IMG/VR virus record: IMGVR_UViG_3300033064_006579
Span: 48,459-112,458 of that record
Source of the DNA: a virus
DNA: 64,000 bases
Direction: 5' to 3' (one strand)
The notes under the pieces were generated by a model. That model was not told the DNA's origin and searched no databases. It was given only the letters and a program-made list of their open reading frames with translations. Both the position numbers and the translations under genes were made by a program. Shown here in pieces: positions 47,691-57,603 of this stretch (its first letter is position 1; every line of letters begins with the position of its first letter).

Positions 47691-47891
47691 TTAATCGCAT
47701 TTTACCCTATCCATTATTGCAGAATAGCCAATTGTAGAGCCGCTGAAGTGGATTTCTTGGCAAGTCGGGTTCGTGTAAACCATATCAAATCTCTCTTCAA
47801 CAATTTCCAATTTGCCGCAAACCGGGCACCTATAAACCACCTGATTTCGCCGAGTCGTCATTTGGTAACTTTGTTTGAATTCAATTACCAT
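47691..47891 (-). CDS. Hypothetical zinc-ribbon protein
   Basis: YRCPVCG...PTC. Confidence 0.5.
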   Translation of the reverse strand: MVIEFKQSYQMTTRRNQVVYRCPVCGKLEIVEERFDMVYTNPTCQEIHFSGSTIGYSAIMDRVKCD

Positions 47892-48073
47892 CCTATTTTA
47901 TCCCTTATTTTAAAGATCAAGGTTCTAAGAAAAAGGAAATCGAATTTCCAGTGACCCATATCATACTCAATATGGAGGAGCGCATAGAAATTGTCAGAGC
48001 TAATATCTAAAAACGATATCCAATAACGATCGTCTTGGATTACAATTTCAAATGGTCTGAATTCAAATCTCAT
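47885..48073 (-). CDS. Hypothetical protein
   Basis: Coupled 62-aa ORF. Confidence 0.5.
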   Translation of the reverse strand: MRFEFRPFEIVIQDDRYWISFLDISSDNFYALLHIEYDMGHWKFDFLFLRTLIFKIRDKIGW

Positions 48074-48294
48074 TAATCAACATACTCCCAGCTAATCATA
48101 AATTTATCACCGATCTTGCCCCATTTCCCTTGAAGTTTATGTCGCTCTCCAGTTTCGTCTTCAACAATTGTACGCCAATCATCAGCTCCCATTCGATGTG
48201 TTGGCTCTAAGTAAACATCCTTAACCTCAACCCTTTTGTCAGAACATCCAATAAGGACTAAAAGAATTGCAGTGATAAGAATTAATTTTTTCAT
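48073..48294 (-). CDS. Putative small lipoprotein
   Basis: MKKLILITAILLVLIGC signal peptide with lipobox. Confidence 0.6.
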   Translation of the reverse strand: MKKLILITAILLVLIGCSDKRVEVKDVYLEPTHRMGADDWRTIVEDETGERHKLQGKWGKIGDKFMISWEYVD

Positions 48295-49112
48295 TTATAT
48301 TTCTCCTGATTATACCACCTTCGCCTGATCCGCTCCTGCCACGATCGAGGAAGGATGTCAAATACTTCCATCATGTAGTAGTAAAGCATAATCTTACGAT
48401 ACCACATGCCATCGACATAACTCAGCCATTTTCGAACGATAGTCCGACACTCTTTTCTACGTTTATGAACCTCGCTAATCACCGATCCCTCGTGCATCCT
48501 GAGAGTACCGAGGACGCTGTTACAATAAAGAATATTATGTTGGAAGGCTATCCTCAACCACAGGTCCCAATCGTGACTGATATCAAGGCTCATGTCCATC
48601 CTACCAAAGTACTCATACATCCACCGCTCCATCAGTACCGATGATGTCGGGATGAAATTCTTTTTCAACAATACCTGGAAAACCTTATCGCTATGACAGC
48701 CTGCCGTTTTACTCCAAAGCTCCTCCCTCCCGTCATCATAAGCAAGTTGCATATTGTGATAACTAAATTTAGCACCGGTCATTTTCATGAGATTAAGTTG
48801 AGTCTCAAGTTTATTAATCTCCCAACTGTCGTCAGAATCAAGGAACGCAAGGTACTTACCAGTCGCAAGAGAGACGCCGAAGTTCCTCGGGATGACTGGC
48901 GATCCACTATTTTGATGGCATTTATAGAGCTTGAGTCTTGGTTCATTCAACATCCAGGAATTAAGCATCTCCCATGTATTATTTGTCGAGCAATCGTCAA
49001 CTACGACAATCTCGATATTTTTGAATGTCTGCATCCGAGCAGATAGGACTGCCTGGTGGACTCTGTCGACCCGGTTATAAGTGGGAATTATAACTGATAT
49101 TTCAGGATTCAT
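48291..49112 (-). CDS. Glycosyltransferase family 2
   Basis: SVIIPTYNR, VVDDCST, RN.G, AFLDSDD and DWDLWLR motifs. Confidence 0.9.
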   Translation of the reverse strand: MNPEISVIIPTYNRVDRVHQAVLSARMQTFKNIEIVVVDDCSTNNTWEMLNSWMLNEPRLKLYKCHQNSGSPVIPRNFGVSLATGKYLAFLDSDDSWEINKLETQLNLMKMTGAKFSYHNMQLAYDDGREELWSKTAGCHSDKVFQVLLKKNFIPTSSVLMERWMYEYFGRMDMSLDISHDWDLWLRIAFQHNILYCNSVLGTLRMHEGSVISEVHKRRKECRTIVRKWLSYVDGMWYRKIMLYYYMMEVFDILPRSWQERIRRRWYNQEKYK

Positions 49113-49114
49113 TT

Positions 49115-49378
49115 TTAAATTCCAACCCCTCCAGGCATACACATTCCTGGATGACTATCTGAGCCATCCCACTCCTCCCACTCCGTTCCTGAACCTTTAT
49201 AGGTCTGATTTCCAAACTGCATACAATGTCTGTTTGGACACGTATACTCATCCGACGTTATTTTTAACTCCCAATCAACATGAATTTTTTTAACCAAATT
49301 ACCTCCACAGCTCGAGCAAGTCGGCCAACCTTTGATCTCAGAAATTGTTTTTTGCTTGGTTCTTTCATGAATTTTCAT
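49115..49378 (-). CDS. Hypothetical zinc-ribbon protein
   Basis: CSSCGG...YTCPNRHC. Confidence 0.5.
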   Translation of the reverse strand: MKIHERTKQKTISEIKGWPTCSSCGGNLVKKIHVDWELKITSDEYTCPNRHCMQFGNQTYKGSGTEWEEWDGSDSHPGMCMPGGVGI

Positions 49379-49387
49379 TCTGCCCCC

Positions 49388-49801
49388 TCATAGATTAGCT
49401 CTGCTCCATGATCCTTTAAGCGTTATTTCTTTCTTCCATTCTGGCATATCATTCAGTTGTGAAGCATGAACGCATCCTAAATGGCCAACTACACATCCTT
49501 TATATTGTGCTGATTCTGGATTAGAACAGACATAAGTTCCAGGGATTATAACTTCTGTCACAGTCTTGTATTTTCTTTTACACCCATTCAACAATTCCCA
49601 AAAGGTTCGTCTTATGGGTACTTCTTTGTAATATTCTGCTGTATTATAAACATCAGAATAAGTGCAGAAATCACAATTGATACAAAGTGATCCAACACCA
49701 TCTCGATCAGGATAAATTTCGTTCATTTCCAACTCCTTGAAATTGTTAATGCCCAATATAATTGTTTTGGAATCTGTCTCAAATGGCGTCGACATATCCA
49801 A
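49388..49801 (-). CDS. Cys-rich hypothetical protein
   Basis: CINCDFC...C.NPES...C. Confidence 0.5.
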   Translation of the reverse strand: MDMSTPFETDSKTIILGINNFKELEMNEIYPDRDGVGSLCINCDFCTYSDVYNTAEYYKEVPIRRTFWELLNGCKRKYKTVTEVIIPGTYVCSNPESAQYKGCVVGHLGCVHASQLNDMPEWKKEITLKGSWSRANL

Positions 49802-50077
49802 TTAGCCCGCTCTGCTCGCTTAAAATGCTTCCATGCAGACAAAAGAAACATCATCGACCCAGCAAAATGGAATAGTTTTCTATTTGGTATCAGAAATAAA
49901 CGGCTTGTTAATTCTGAAATCATCATTAGACTAACCAATACTTTCTAATCGGTTCGGGATTTACAATTTCTCTTTTAGTGTCATCCCAAGGCTTCACCTC
50001 TCCGGGGCAACGTTTGTGGTTACTGCCCTTGCGATTAGCCCCAGTGACCCTTACCTTTTTCCCGCATCTGCTACATT

Positions 50078-50284
50078 TCATGATTCTTCCTCCTCATCTT
50101 CGTCTGGACTTATAGTTATACAGAGGCAATTATGGGATGAAACAAATATCTCTGTACCGTGCTTATTATTAATCCTAAACCAATTATGATCACTTCTTAG
50201 AAGGTTACAATCTACAACATCGTCGATTGCAATCGCTTCTCCATTAATAAATGTAATCCCTGCTTTTCTCATTACTCGCTCCAT
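50078..50284 (-). CDS. Hypothetical protein
   Basis: Short coupled ORF. Confidence 0.45.
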   Translation of the reverse strand: MERVMRKAGITFINGEAIAIDDVVDCNLLRSDHNWFRINNKHGTEIFVSSHNCLCITISPDEDEEEES

Positions 50285-51639
50285 AGCTTGATGTACCGTT
50301 TGATAATCTTTTCTGTTCCATAACGCTCGTTATAACAATCAAGGGCATTATGACCAATCCATTTAATCCCGTCGAGCTCTTGTCCAAGCCCTTGTGGAAT
50401 CTTCACATTAGACTGGTCAATAAGTTTAGCAATTGCCGCAGTCAAATTCTTTCTAAATCCATTTTCGAGGCTCACTTTAAAACCGGCATCAGGGCAAACC
50501 AATTCCGGTATTCCACCGATGGCAGAGGCTATGACAGGCTTTCCATACATCATAGCGATAAGTAGGACATTTGGAAAATCCTCGTCACAAAGACTCGGCA
50601 GAACAAAAGCATCGCAGGCATTTATAAGTGAGTAGTCATCGATAGAATAGCCAGAGTAAATCGTCGCCAGTCCTCTCTTCATATTATCTGCAAGATCTTG
50701 CAATTCACCCCTCATCTCGCCTTGTCCCGCTACAATAAGGTGGGCAGGAACTTCTCGTGATGGTAAGTCGTCCCAAGCCCTAATCAACTCATGAAACCCC
50801 TTACGATACTCGAGTTTACCGAGAGCAAGAAACATCAGTGTCGATGGATAAATATCAAACTTTTTTCTAACAGAGGCTTTGCTAATTGCTACCGGCCTAC
50901 GGATGACTGTATTTGGAATGACAATCCAATTCTTAACAGCCGACCAATAATCCTTTTCTTTTGCCTCAGCAGTAGTGTGTTTTGGAAATACGTGGAGAAA
51001 ATCAGAGTTGGCCGCCAGTTTCCACGATGCCGTAATAAATCTCGTGACATACTTTTTGACTAATGTAGTTATCGGCTTTTCCCACCAGAGGTTCCTGACT
51101 GTCGAATTGATCATATAAGTTATCTTAGATATCTTAGCCAGCCCACCAGCTATGGCGGCGCTATTGCACGACATGGCGGCAGGATAACCGCCATTGTTAA
51201 TATGAAGAATATCCGGTTTAAGCTCTTTAAACAGTCTGTAGAGCGTCAATATCTCTTGGTCAATAGTAAGGTATTTAAGCGCCATTAGAGGCTTTAGAAA
51301 TGGCGATTTGGCGGCAATTCGATAGAGTTTCGTAATAGGGAAGTCCTGCGGGTAAAGTCGAGCTCTATGCACTGGGGCAATTCTCAAACAGGCATATGGA
51401 GTCAATGGCTTTGGTTTGCCCACTCCGCTGCAAACGTCGCTATGGCATAACTCACAGTCGTCTTTAGAAAGATCTGGCACCCACTTCGCCATTCCATCTA
51501 AATATTCTTTAGTACTCCGAAAACTGAATGAAACATCAAACTCTCGATTAATATCTGGATTTGCAAGGAATATACCTGGCATATTCTCGCACCCAGCCCA
51601 CTCGGCATTGTCACTATGGATGTGCAGTTTCTTTTTCAT
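50272..51639 (-). CDS. Glycosyltransferase family 4
   Basis: PDILHINNGGYP, GKLEYRKG, DAFVLPS..DEDFPNVLL.AM..GKPVIAS.IGGIPE. Confidence 0.9.
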   Translation of the reverse strand: MKKKLHIHSDNAEWAGCENMPGIFLANPDINREFDVSFSFRSTKEYLDGMAKWVPDLSKDDCELCHSDVCSGVGKPKPLTPYACLRIAPVHRARLYPQDFPITKLYRIAAKSPFLKPLMALKYLTIDQEILTLYRLFKELKPDILHINNGGYPAAMSCNSAAIAGGLAKISKITYMINSTVRNLWWEKPITTLVKKYVTRFITASWKLAANSDFLHVFPKHTTAEAKEKDYWSAVKNWIVIPNTVIRRPVAISKASVRKKFDIYPSTLMFLALGKLEYRKGFHELIRAWDDLPSREVPAHLIVAGQGEMRGELQDLADNMKRGLATIYSGYSIDDYSLINACDAFVLPSLCDEDFPNVLLIAMMYGKPVIASAIGGIPELVCPDAGFKVSLENGFRKNLTAAIAKLIDQSNVKIPQGLGQELDGIKWIGHNALDCYNERYGTEKIIKRYIKLWSE

Positions 51640-52004
51640 TAAAATCCTTTCCTATGATTTGTTGAGGAATCGACATCCATTCAACAAATTTGTCGCCCAA
51701 AGCTTTTCGCAATGCCTCATTCTGCTCTCTTTCTATCGCTCTCCACACTTCGGTTTTAGTCGGTCGAATCATTAAGTTCCTCCTATTCTCCTGATAAGAA
51801 CTCTTTTATTACTTAAATCTATAAACGGCTGTCTTCGTCCCAGGATTTTCCAACCACAAAACAACAATATAAGAAAAATACAATGCCAGCTCCAATGACA
51901 ATCCAATATAATATATTTAAAACTATCTCCTCCATCTCAGATCCCTCCTTGTTGTTTTTATAAATATTAGTCTCAAGATCACAATAGCTCTCCATACAGT
52001 TATC

Positions 52005-52547
52005 TTAGCCGATCGAATCATCAAACTCCTTTCCTATCAGCCAAGCGCTGACTCTCTTCCCAAGACTCCAAGACAAATCTATATGGATGCTTCTGTATTC
52101 TTCCCTCTCTGTAACGGTCTGCGCTGCTTGCATCATGTCCATTGCAATAAGATATGCCTTGTGCTCGGCATATCCCTTTGGTGTGCTAATAATAAAGTCA
52201 TCGAGAGCTCTTCTACATTGATTACAAAGATTAGACATGCAAGCCCCATACGGGTTGACTGTCCAGGAGTAACCTACCCCGCACTTTTCGCAGGGCAGGT
52301 TCGTGAGCCCAGCAGAATTCCTTGGCCAAAAGTCTATTGGAAGTTGAAATGACACTTCACCCTCTAATGAGTTTTTTGAGTCTATTTTTAATTTCCCATC
52401 TGACTTGAGCCGTCGTGACACCAAGGACTCTTGCGACTTTCTTCTTGTTATTCCTCGCAATGAGAAACCACGCAATACTCGTCGCCAAAACCCCGAATCC
52501 GAATCCGACAATTGCATCTGGCATTTTTCATCCTCCTTAGTTTTCAT
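52005..52547 (-). CDS. Hypothetical protein
   Basis: 180-aa ORF with CxxC pairs. Confidence 0.45.
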   Translation of the reverse strand: MKTKEDEKCQMQLSDSDSGFWRRVLRGFSLRGITRRKSQESLVSRRLKSDGKLKIDSKNSLEGEVSFQLPIDFWPRNSAGLTNLPCEKCGVGYSWTVNPYGACMSNLCNQCRRALDDFIISTPKGYAEHKAYLIAMDMMQAAQTVTEREEYRSIHIDLSWSLGKRVSAWLIGKEFDDSIG

Positions 52548-54502
52548 TTATTCCAACCATACCTCTTATAACGCTCAAGCATACTGACTGTCAGCCAGCA
52601 GCCATGAGTACAGAAACAACCCTTTTCTTTCACCGACAGTGGAGAATCAATCCCAGTAATTTTCGCTATCTCAGAAACCTCTCTTCTCATCTCAACATCA
52701 TCCATCGCCTTCGTTAAATCCCAATCAAAATCGTTAAGGTTAACAATTCGATCCCTCATCTCACAAGCCGCAAGATCGCCATTAGGGTAGACGACCATCG
52801 CCTTCTTCCCAGCGAGACAAGTGAATGGCCACCAACGATCAAAAACCAAATTCGTCCACTGAATACCAAATTTCTCATTGTTCAAAAGGTAATGGTGGGG
52901 ATACCGCTTATTGATTACTACCAGCAATTTTGCATAAACTTCTCTCAATATATCGTACTGGCAAATAACCTCCTCGGTTAAATCTTTATCGCCACGAATA
53001 ACCTCAAAATTATGATTATCTACATCAAAGGCATAGGCGATCTCGTTAGCAAACTCTACGACACTATCCAAATTCAATGGCATAATGGTCGTGTTAATAT
53101 TGACTTTCAGACTTGGGTGTTGTTTCCTCAACAAAAGCAGAACTCGCAGAGAATCTAATGCTCGCTCATACGACTTGTTGCTGCCCCTGATTATGTTATG
53201 AACATCTTCAAAACCATCTAACGAGACCGTCACAGTTATATTATGATTGCGCCATTTAAAAACCGTGATTAACGCTTCTTTGATCAAATCAGGATAGAAA
53301 CCATTGGTATTAATCCATACCCGTGCCCCGCCATAATCGTTAATAGCAAATTGTCTGATAATAAGAGCAATATCGTCATGAATAAATGGCTCGCCACCAG
53401 TGAGTAGAACATTCTTCATTTCTCGATTTGTAGAAGCAATCGCTCCAGTCTGGTCAACCGTCATAGAGCTTGGATGATAAAGCGCCCTATCAGAACAATG
53501 TGAACAATGAAGGTTGCAGAAATCGGTGACAAAAAGAATGAGGAGGTCAATGGCGTCGTCACTTCGCATTGCCGGTCTAAACCAATGTTCGTTTTTGTGG
53601 TAAATATTCCTAAGGCCAGCATCAATTCGCTTGACAAGATGTTTTGCATCTTTAACATTCTTTTTTACTTTCTGCCTGCTCGAAAGATAGGAATCAAATT
53701 CTCTGTATGAAGACATATCAGAATGTTTTTTCATATAGGCAAAACAGCGGTCGCGAGCTTGTCCTGTCGCCGATTCTGTATCCCAACTTTTATCTTTAGA
53801 TAAGAACGCTTTTGTTGTATAGGCACTTGGATGAAGCCTATAAAACGTGAATCGTGGCGGGAGAAATGTGAAACCATGGAAAACAGATGCCTTGAGCACG
53901 AACACCCAATCTTCATTCTGATGTATCAGTCCTTCATCAAAACCACCAATCCAATCGATTAATTGTCGTTTGACCATTACAGACGACCAGCATATCGAGT
54001 CTCCATGAGAAAGCAGTGGAAAATAATCTCGCCCATTACTATATAACCGTGCGAGAAACTTCTTGTTCCATTCTTTCTCCCAATCGCTCGGATTGATGTT
54101 GTTTTCCTCACACCAATCGTAGTCAGCAATAACTTTGACGCCAGTATGAACAAGGTGTTGATCGGGGTTATTATCTAATAGTCTGACCTGAGCCGCAAGC
54201 TTATTCTCATGCCAATAGTCATCGGCATCAAGGAAGGCGATGTATTCACCCCCTGCCACCTTCAGGGCTGAGTTACGACTAAACGCCACGCCTTTATTCT
54301 CGTCGTTTGATTTGAGAATGAATTTCTCTTTTCCAAGTTTCTTCTCATAGCCAATGGCAACTTGAAAGGAAGCGTCATCCGAGCAATCATCGATTACAAT
54401 GATCTCCCAATCCTCGAACGTCTGTTTTATCACAGAATCGATTGCTTCAGCAAGATAAGCATCGCAATTATAAACCGGGATTATTACAGATACTTTAGCC
54501 AT
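52544..54502 (-). CDS. GT2 glycosyltransferase fused to a radical SAM/SPASM-like domain
   Basis: N-terminal VSVIIPVYN/DDCS/FLDADD; C-terminal CNLHCSHC, TGGEP, NTNG, SLDG, CLAG....YPNGDLAACE and CFCTHGC. Confidence 0.85.
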   Translation of the reverse strand: MAKVSVIIPVYNCDAYLAEAIDSVIKQTFEDWEIIVIDDCSDDASFQVAIGYEKKLGKEKFILKSNDENKGVAFSRNSALKVAGGEYIAFLDADDYWHENKLAAQVRLLDNNPDQHLVHTGVKVIADYDWCEENNINPSDWEKEWNKKFLARLYSNGRDYFPLLSHGDSICWSSVMVKRQLIDWIGGFDEGLIHQNEDWVFVLKASVFHGFTFLPPRFTFYRLHPSAYTTKAFLSKDKSWDTESATGQARDRCFAYMKKHSDMSSYREFDSYLSSRQKVKKNVKDAKHLVKRIDAGLRNIYHKNEHWFRPAMRSDDAIDLLILFVTDFCNLHCSHCSDRALYHPSSMTVDQTGAIASTNREMKNVLLTGGEPFIHDDIALIIRQFAINDYGGARVWINTNGFYPDLIKEALITVFKWRNHNITVTVSLDGFEDVHNIIRGSNKSYERALDSLRVLLLLRKQHPSLKVNINTTIMPLNLDSVVEFANEIAYAFDVDNHNFEVIRGDKDLTEEVICQYDILREVYAKLLVVINKRYPHHYLLNNEKFGIQWTNLVFDRWWPFTCLAGKKAMVVYPNGDLAACEMRDRIVNLNDFDWDLTKAMDDVEMRREVSEIAKITGIDSPLSVKEKGCFCTHGCWLTVSMLERYKRYGWNK

Positions 54503-55593
54503 TATCTCAAATACTGCCCTTCTTTGTAGACATTAGCCTCAAGATCAATATCGGGCCACTTACCTTGATTCTGCCTATACCACTCGACTGTCTTTTTTAA
54601 TGCATCGTCAAACTCTTCGACACAAAAATAATCGCCTTCACCGCCAATCGTTTTGACCAACTTAGAACTGTTCATTGCATATCTTTGATCATTGCCCGGT
54701 CTGTTTGGAGTGTATTCGATATGGCAATCATAGCCTGTCTTACTAACATTCGGCTCTTTCCAATAATCGATTATCCGATGAATTACCTCTTTATTATCCC
54801 CCCTCTTTCCACTCCCGATATTATAAATTTCACCAACCTTTCCGTGCATCAATACTGCATTAATCGCTACGCAACAGTCCTTGACATAAATCCATTCCCT
54901 GATCTCTTCGCCCTTGCCGTGGAGTAGAATTTTCTCGCCCTTCAATAGTCTTGTTATAGCCATCGGGATAAGCTTCTCAGGATATTGTCGTGGCCCATAA
55001 TTATTGCATGGACGGACGATCATGACTGGAAAATTATATGTCTTGAAATAAGAGAGAAGTAGGAGATCGGCGGCGGCCTTTGATGCAGAATATGGGGAGG
55101 TTGGATTTAAAGGAAAATTTTCACTTGCTTCAGATTTAAACGAAAACCCGAGTTCTACTCTTAGATTAGTAAACTCTTCAGACCTCAACAAAGCCTTGTT
55201 TTCAATCGACCCGTAAACCTCATCGGTGCTGATATGGATGAATCGCTCGACCTTATACTTCCTCGCGAGAAGCACAAGGCTGAAAAGCCCCATAATATCT
55301 GTCTCAAGAAACGACATTGGACTTCTAATAGATCGATCAACATGAGTTTCTGCGGCAAAATTGACAATTACATCCGGTTTGAAATCTATAAGAATCCGCT
55401 CGACCGCGCCAGAACAACCAATATCGCTGTAGGAAAAATTGTTCACGAGATCAAAACCAAACTCGGATAGATTATCAAGACTGCCAGCATAGGTGAGTTT
55501 ATCAATAACAAAGACTTCGTGGTTCAAAGAAATCATCAGTTCAACAAAATGACTTCCCATAAATCCTGCGCCACCCGTGACTAATATTTTCAT
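54502..55593 (-). CDS. rmlB: dTDP-glucose 4,6-dehydratase
   Basis: TGGAGFMGS, DKLTYAG, AAETHVDRSI, STDEVYG, YSASK and NNYGPRQYPEKLIP motifs. Confidence 0.92.
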   Translation of the reverse strand: MKILVTGGAGFMGSHFVELMISLNHEVFVIDKLTYAGSLDNLSEFGFDLVNNFSYSDIGCSGAVERILIDFKPDVIVNFAAETHVDRSIRSPMSFLETDIMGLFSLVLLARKYKVERFIHISTDEVYGSIENKALLRSEEFTNLRVELGFSFKSEASENFPLNPTSPYSASKAAADLLLLSYFKTYNFPVMIVRPCNNYGPRQYPEKLIPMAITRLLKGEKILLHGKGEEIREWIYVKDCCVAINAVLMHGKVGEIYNIGSGKRGDNKEVIHRIIDYWKEPNVSKTGYDCHIEYTPNRPGNDQRYAMNSSKLVKTIGGEGDYFCVEEFDDALKKTVEWYRQNQGKWPDIDLEANVYKEGQYLR

Positions 55594-55784
55594 ATTTCAC
55601 CTATTTTTGTATAGATATAATGATTAATAAAATAGTCGCATTCTTTATACGTATAAAGTTTGTTAAATACATTTATTTCATTGAGGATTATGACAGTCTG
55701 ATGCGTTGTTAAATTAAATTTTTTTGCAAGCTTTTCTACCTCAGCCAGCCAGAATTCGTATCTTCTCGTTTGGTTTTTATCCAT
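55590..55784 (-). CDS. Hypothetical protein
   Basis: 64-aa coupled ORF. Confidence 0.45.
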   Translation of the reverse strand: MDKNQTRRYEFWLAEVEKLAKKFNLTTHQTVIILNEINVFNKLYTYKECDYFINHYIYTKIGEI

Positions 55785-55787
55785 TGC

Positions 55788-55961
55788 TCACACCCTCACT
55801 CCTGCTCTCGCGAGTTTTTTAGCAATTAAATACCGGGCTCTCCTGCCTTTGGGATGGTTGATTATCATGCCACTTGTATGCCGCCCATATTTTCGCTTTG
55901 CATGAATAGAGAAATCGCCATAAACTATTTTTCGAATTGCCTTTGCCTTTTTACCCCTCAT
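55788..55961 (-). CDS. Small basic hypothetical protein (57 aa)
   Basis: Own translation MRGKKAKAIRKIVYG...RARYLIAKK; SD supplied by repeat copy D. Confidence 0.55.
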   Translation of the reverse strand: MRGKKAKAIRKIVYGDFSIHAKRKYGRHTSGMIINHPKGRRARYLIAKKLARAGVRV

Positions 55962-56033
55962 ATATCCCCCTAAAACCGATTCTGACTGCTCTAATCGCCA
56001 GCTGACGAGGTTTTATTTTAAAGTTAATAGTAA
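55961..56033. repeat. Dispersed repeat, copy D (diverged)
   Basis: TATATCCCCCTAAAAC..ATTCT...GCTCTAATCGCCA...AGGTTTT.TTT.AAAG..AATAGTAA aligns to copies A and B. Confidence 0.85.
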
Positions 56034-56073
56034 GGGGGGGCATACTTAAGAGCTTTAACACCCTTATCTATTC

Positions 56074-56107
56074 CTATTATAATAAATTTTTTAGGTTTCT
56101 TGAAAAA
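56074..56107 (-). promoter_or_regulatory. 34-bp repeated promoter-like element
   Basis: Identical to 59700-59733; TTCAAG-N17-TATAAT. Confidence 0.6.
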
Positions 56108-56112
56108 AAATT

Positions 56113-56358
56113 TTAATAATCCCTGCCAATAAACTTTTTTACTTGAATTTCAAAGCCGCCCCTCACCCCTCTGGTTTTGGCAATCACATCCTGAGACTGG
56201 AGGACAAGCCCGAGCATTCTTTTTGCATCAATAATATTACGAGCTTTGCAATGATACTTCGTCTCTTCCCACAACTCTACTGGGCCAGCATAGGGGCTCT
56301 TTGGCGCCTCGGCCTCTGGTTTTGGTTTTTCCTCAACTCTCCTTCTTCTTTGAGCCAT
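56113..56358 (-). CDS. Hypothetical protein
   Basis: 81-aa ORF with SD. Confidence 0.55.
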   Translation of the reverse strand: MAQRRRRVEEKPKPEAEAPKSPYAGPVELWEETKYHCKARNIIDAKRMLGLVLQSQDVIAKTRGVRGGFEIQVKKFIGRDY

Positions 56359-56728
56359 CTTTCCCCTCCTCTATAAAAACGAATGGAATATAAGGCGGAA
56401 ACTTAAAATCCCCGGTTTTAACTCGCGTTATCAATTCATCCAGCTCGGGTTCGCTCGCGCTGGTCAGAAAATTAATCAATTTATCGTCTGGCCTTGTATC
56501 TCCCTTAGCACCCCTAACCAAACTGATAAGACAGTAAGTGTGAAAAAGTTTTGGATAAACTGCAAAGACCTCATTTTTACAATTTACTATATCGTCTTCG
56601 GTCATGCCAAAAAACGGATTCATATTCAATGCTCCGCCAGCGTCTTCAATATATGCTTTCATGCCAAACAAGAGGCTGCGCTGGAAATCCACAACAGACT
56701 CGAGTAGTTCTTTATTCTTGTTTTCCAT
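56333..56728 (-). CDS. Hypothetical protein
   Basis: 131-aa ORF with SD. Confidence 0.55.
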   Translation of the reverse strand: MENKNKELLESVVDFQRSLLFGMKAYIEDAGGALNMNPFFGMTEDDIVNCKNEVFAVYPKLFHTYCLISLVRGAKGDTRPDDKLINFLTSASEPELDELITRVKTGDFKFPPYIPFVFIEEGKDGSKKKES

Positions 56729-57461
56729 CTAACAGAATCCTCCTCCTCAACGGTCGATAGAACGTGAACGCCTCAGCATGATCAAATTCTGCTCCGTCTG
56801 CCCGCGCAGCCTCCCTCTCCATACTATCAACTCTTTCAGCCATCATCTTAAGAGTAATGCCCTGCGTTCTAAAACAACACATTGCATTGATTTTAGCGTC
56901 TATGGCCTCTTCTGTTAATCCGATTAAAATATCGGGTGGCCGAACTATGACTCCCATCCTTGCGCTCTCAGGGCGAAATTGAACGCCGAAAAAATATGCC
57001 ATAGGCACTTTATAGCGATTCTTTCCAGGCCACTTATATGCCGCCTTCATTGCCTTGCAAACCATGAGCCCACACACAGAATGATCAAAATGAGCATACT
57101 CGTTTGGGTGATGTGTTATAATGATATCCGGTTTTTCATGCCTTATTAAATTAACGATTTCATGAAATAAATCTGGACCTTCATAGAGCGGCTCGTCGTC
57201 AGCTTCTAATGTCTTCGAATGCCAATCGCCATGATTAGCAATCGTCTTGACAGCGGCAAAGAATTCGTCCCGCTTTCTTTGCTTGTCCATAGATAGCGTA
57301 TCGGAATGCTCCATATGAGAATTGGCGCCATGTGTGACGGTAACGATAAAAGCCCGCCAGCGATATTCGACCATTTGAAAAATCGTACCACCTGCAAGAT
57401 CGAATGGATCGGCAGGGTGAGCACCTATAACCATCAGTTTCTTAGTCATTATTCCATCCAT
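56712..57461 (-). CDS. PIG-L/LmbE family N-acetyl sugar deacetylase
   Basis: VIGAHPAD...AGGT, T.G, PDIIITH...HFDH and K.NAM.CF.TQ motifs. Confidence 0.8.
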   Translation of the reverse strand: MDGIMTKKLMVIGAHPADPFDLAGGTIFQMVEYRWRAFIVTVTHGANSHMEHSDTLSMDKQRKRDEFFAAVKTIANHGDWHSKTLEADDEPLYEGPDLFHEIVNLIRHEKPDIIITHHPNEYAHFDHSVCGLMVCKAMKAAYKWPGKNRYKVPMAYFFGVQFRPESARMGVIVRPPDILIGLTEEAIDAKINAMCCFRTQGITLKMMAERVDSMEREAARADGAEFDHAEAFTFYRPLRRRILLDGKQE

Positions 57462-57603
57462 TTCCTGTTATAAACTGCTTTCTCTTTCATTTCTTCTTTC
57501 ACTTCCTCCCACCGATGCCATAAAACATTGCCAAGAATAAACAAAATAACAAAGAAGATCCCAACATCCACTCCAATTAATATGTCAGTTATCAGATCAA
57601 ACA

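Larger units (their letters stand above)
47249..47714. repeat. Tandem duplication, period about 254 bp
   Basis: 47249-47461 versus 47503-47714: near-identical ends and a diverged middle. Confidence 0.9.

Noticed and set aside
3111-47714. Diversity-generating retroelement (TR/VR pairs at 3111-3230, the tail tube pair, 47249-47714)
   Set aside because: No reverse transcriptase in the window, and the differences are not adenine-specific
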